Part shown: one piece after another, positions 60,533 through 64,000 of the stretch
Layout: each line of letters begins with the position of its first letter
Numbering within the stretch: the first letter of the stretch is position 1
Source of the DNA: the human T2T-CHM13v2.0 reference genome, Homo sapiens
Reading direction: 5' to 3'
NCBI GenBank assembly: GCA_009914755.4
Contig: CP068257.2
Coordinates: 25,696,001-25,760,000, forward strand
Length of the DNA stretch: 64,000 bases
Notes under the pieces: model-generated
The model's input: the letters and a program-made list of their open reading frames with translations, nothing else
Database searches by the model: none
Told to the model about the DNA's origin: nothing
Position numbers and translations under genes: made by a program

Positions 60533-63500
60533 GTAATATATGCCAGTTTTTGAGCAATTATTCTGAGCCAGTGACTACGATAAGATCTTTACATTAAATG
60601 CTCATAACACCATCTTTAAATAAAGAAGTAGAATTGATAGAATTCAGTAAAATGCCAAGGCAATGTCTCAGTTATCAAGAGAGGGCAGATTTTTAGGATG
60701 ATCATCATCAGATCTTACTAAGACATCAAATGGATTAAAAAGTTCCTACGGTCTGGCTAAGGTAGGTACAACAAACTGGAAAGCCTGTTAAGGAAGAATA
60801 ATGACATTAGAAAAGGCAGGTTAAGGGCCTCTCTGCTGTTCAGTTAAGGATAAGAGCCAAAAATGGCCCAAAAATTCATGTGGAAGAATGATGATTTTAT
60901 GCTAACGTTGGCATGGTACTACTAAGAGTGTTTAAAGGATAAAGGATTACAAATGATTCCCAGCAGGCTGAACTCTTACACAAGTAATTCTATTCATAAA
61001 TGTTCTTTACTGGTTCTCATAGAATCAAAAAATTAATAATATAGATTTTTCCAAAAAATAAATAGTAGTAAGAATAATACTTATCTATTATTCATTATAA
61101 CAACCAAAGGGTTATATTAGCCTTGATACTAACAACCTTTCAAGTTAGATCTTATTACGTGATTTCATAGTTAATAAAATTGAGATCTGGACCGTTTAAG
61201 TAATTTGCCCAACTCACCTAGCTCTACGTACCAGAAACAGGCTTCCAGACCAGATATACAAAGTCCCATAGCACTCCTCATTCCCACTGTTCCACACTGC
61301 CTCCTGCAAAAGTTCATATTTACTTCTCTGCTCGTTAAGATAGAGATAAAAGATAAATAATTTAAACCAACAAAGGCACTGTATATAATTCCCTTTTAAC
61401 AGCTTTTTCATTAACTTGAGGTATTGGGGAACTGGGCTCAAATTAGTTGACAATTTAATGGTCTTAATCCCTCAAAGGTTTACTCAATTTATAAAGTTGG
61501 CAGAAACACGATTAATACCATTTGCCTTATGAAAACTATGGTTCCACAGTAAATAAACAAAGAATGTCACAAATGTGAGTTGTGCTCTGGAATAATAGGA
61601 AGATAGTTTAAGATGTGAAGAATGAGAGGTCACCATTATAGTAAACTATCTGCTGACAGATGATTGTTTTTATGTTTTTTGTAATTTCCACAAAATTTCC
61701 ACCTGAGGTCATTTTTAATTTATACCACACATTATCTCTCTTGATCCACCTTTTTCTTAAGGTACACTATGCTAAGGTTTTGTTTTTATTATCCCACCCA
61801 CATGCAGTTGGCCTACACAAACACACACACGCCCGGCCTGGGTTTTCTCCCAACACAAATACCCGTGGTATTCATACTATGGGAAAAAGAGTAGCTTGGT
61901 TAAAAGTTGATGTAGAAGTTTATTAATGTCCAAACCCAAACTTATTACATATTGTACAGGCAAATGCTACAAAATGATGAAGTTATGGAAGTAGAGTACT
62001 CAGAAGCTTAGAGGCCAAATATATATATTTTTATTTTGTCCAAAAAGAATATAAATATCATTGCCCCTAAACATGTGCATAATAGGAAACAAGGAAGGGC
62101 GTGACATCATTTGAAGAAAGTCAAGAATCACCTACACTCTTCCTTAAGTGTTTTTCTAATGGTGTGTTTTTTCACCTGAAAATACTACCTATAATTCTAT
62201 TAATATGATTTTTTTTCTCTCATACATACACACACAGAACACAATCATATTAATGAAAAAGAATGTTACCTGTGAGTGAAGGGTATTCAGTCAGGAATGC
62301 CACCAGTTTTACCTTAAAAAACAAAGACATATATACAGAATGGTCAAGTATGAAACTTAGCTGTACAGAACCCAGACAAGAAGAAAGGTGGGTTTCACAC
62401 TTAGGGAACTGCTGGTACATTCAGAACCAAAGAGAGCCTGTGAGGGGGAGCCCTGGGAAATAGGCGAGCTGAGAGGTAGGGAAAATCATGCATGTGCCAA
62501 TGGATGTGAAAGATATTTAAACGGATAAAGAATGACAGCTACAAAGTGGCCCATTGACTCACAGGCACGTTTACAGGTGCCGAGCAACGTATCAGCTCTT
62601 CTTCCCATTTTGGGGACGCTGGTTGTGTTGTCATGCATGTTTTTGCTCAGCAACACCTCCCGCACCTCTGCTTACCAGTACATGACATTAAAATACATGC
62701 ACTTTCACTTCTGAATTCCTTGTCCCCCAGCTGCAAGAATTTCATTTTGAGTGTATGTGGATTTTAAGTCATTCTGGTTGAGGATGATCACAAAAAGATG
62801 AAACTAGGAGATGGGGAGGGAAAAGGAAGACAAAACAGCAGGAAAAAACGCTTTGCCAAAGCAGCCACAGGAGAGATAAAAGAAGCCCAGCACTCACAAT
62901 CTTGTCTGAGGAAGGCAGCTCAGACATATGTGAAAGGGATTGATAGTGCCAGACCATAGTTCTCTGCTGGCACGCAGTACCTTAGAACAGAAAGTTAAGC
63001 CCTGGGTCCTTGTGAACAGCAGAAGAGGGCTGACAAACACCTGGTCCCCAGTGGCAGACTGAACGCGTTAAAAATGGTTACATGCAACTTTTTTCCATCT
63101 GAAGTATTCAAATTGCACAGTCTCTCTCATAGAATTAAAAATCAAAGTCATCATCAGAAAGATATTAAGTGTTTGGATGGAAGATCAGACCCTGAGGAAA
63201 AGAAAGTGCTTCTTAGAGTCTTACACGCAAACTGTCTGCCACAGAGCGCAATTTATAAGTATCTCATTTCAACCACGGAAGGAAAGAACGAAGGGTAAAA
63301 TGGAGATACATAAAATAATATTTATACTCTCTGGATCTAATATGTCATCTTTATAATTTTATTTTCATGAGTAATAAAAATCTTAAAAACAAACTTTTAT
63401 TAACGAGGTTAACCTGAAAATTGTCTCTTCATCATCTTTCGTCCCATAAGGTAAGGATCACACGTTGGGGCGCCTTCCTGCCACAGCCAGGAAACCTCAG

Positions 63501-64000
63501 TAAATGACAGCTCTTAGTTATAAGGTGTTAGAGTGATGAGGATTGTGCTAAGTTTGAGAGCACATGCCCGGTTTTTTAAAATTCAATTTTCTTAAACCAC
63601 TTGGTAAACCAAAGAAATAGGTCTGTGAGCCACAAGCTTTTCTCAGTCTGCCAGTTTTAACCTCTCAATGTCTTAAGTTCCTCAGCAGCAAACTGTCCTG
63701 CCACAGGGGCTTTTAAGTTAAAAAAAAAAAAAAAAAAAAAGAAAAGAAAAGAGAAAAGCACTAAAATGGAAATACAAACAAAGCAAAACCTTCAACTTAA
63801 GAAAATATGTGTTTTCCTAGACTTGTGGCTTTCAAACTTCAATTTCTGCTGTTATTTCTTTTTTTGAACACTTTGTGCTGAGTTGTTTTTTTTTCTTTGT
63901 ATTTGGTATGTGTTGATACTTCGACAGGAAGCTTATAAGGATGATATCCACTTTTGTGTGGTTTTATCAGAATGAATACTGGGGGAATAGAGGTATTCTA

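Overview
This 64-kb window reads as primate, almost certainly human, nuclear DNA. It is AT-rich, dense in repeats, and carries no convincing protein-coding exon, RNA gene, CRISPR array or operon. Long six-frame ORFs here are Alu/L1/microsatellite read-through or low-complexity sequence.

Recognisable content:
- About 20 Alu elements or fragments, recognisable by the GGCCGGGCGCGGTGGCTCA...CCCAGCACTTTGGGAGGC body and A-tails. Several are young AluY with perfect target-site duplications (TSDs).
- At least seven L1 fragments of several ages: a primate L1 3' end at the window start, L1M 3' ends or antisense ORF2/3'UTR blocks at ~3.4, 14, 18.4-19.4, 26.4-28.1 and 45.6-46.7 kb.
- One THE1/MST-type MaLR solo LTR, one Tigger-like MITE, and MIR/L2-like relics.
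- Long GAAA/GGAA microsatellites and several shorter simple repeats.
- A roughly 920-bp processed pseudogene fragment of EIF4A1 on the minus strand.

Most interesting:
- The EIF4A1 fragment sits back-to-back with a + strand Alu, and the pair is bracketed by an 11-12 bp direct repeat (aaagctaatta). This suggests a single chimeric retrotransposition (twin-priming or template-switch type).
- An Alu with a 5' inversion flanked by a perfect 16-bp TSD.
- An L1 with a twin-priming-style 5' inversion.
- Three pairs of 85-90% identical short segments in direct orientation, each 1.1-1.45 kb apart.
- A near-identical 112-bp tandem duplication.

I found no evidence for a novel biological system. The window looks like ordinary intergenic or deep-intronic primate sequence. 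All coordinates are approximate (about ±10 bp), derived by eye from the sequence.
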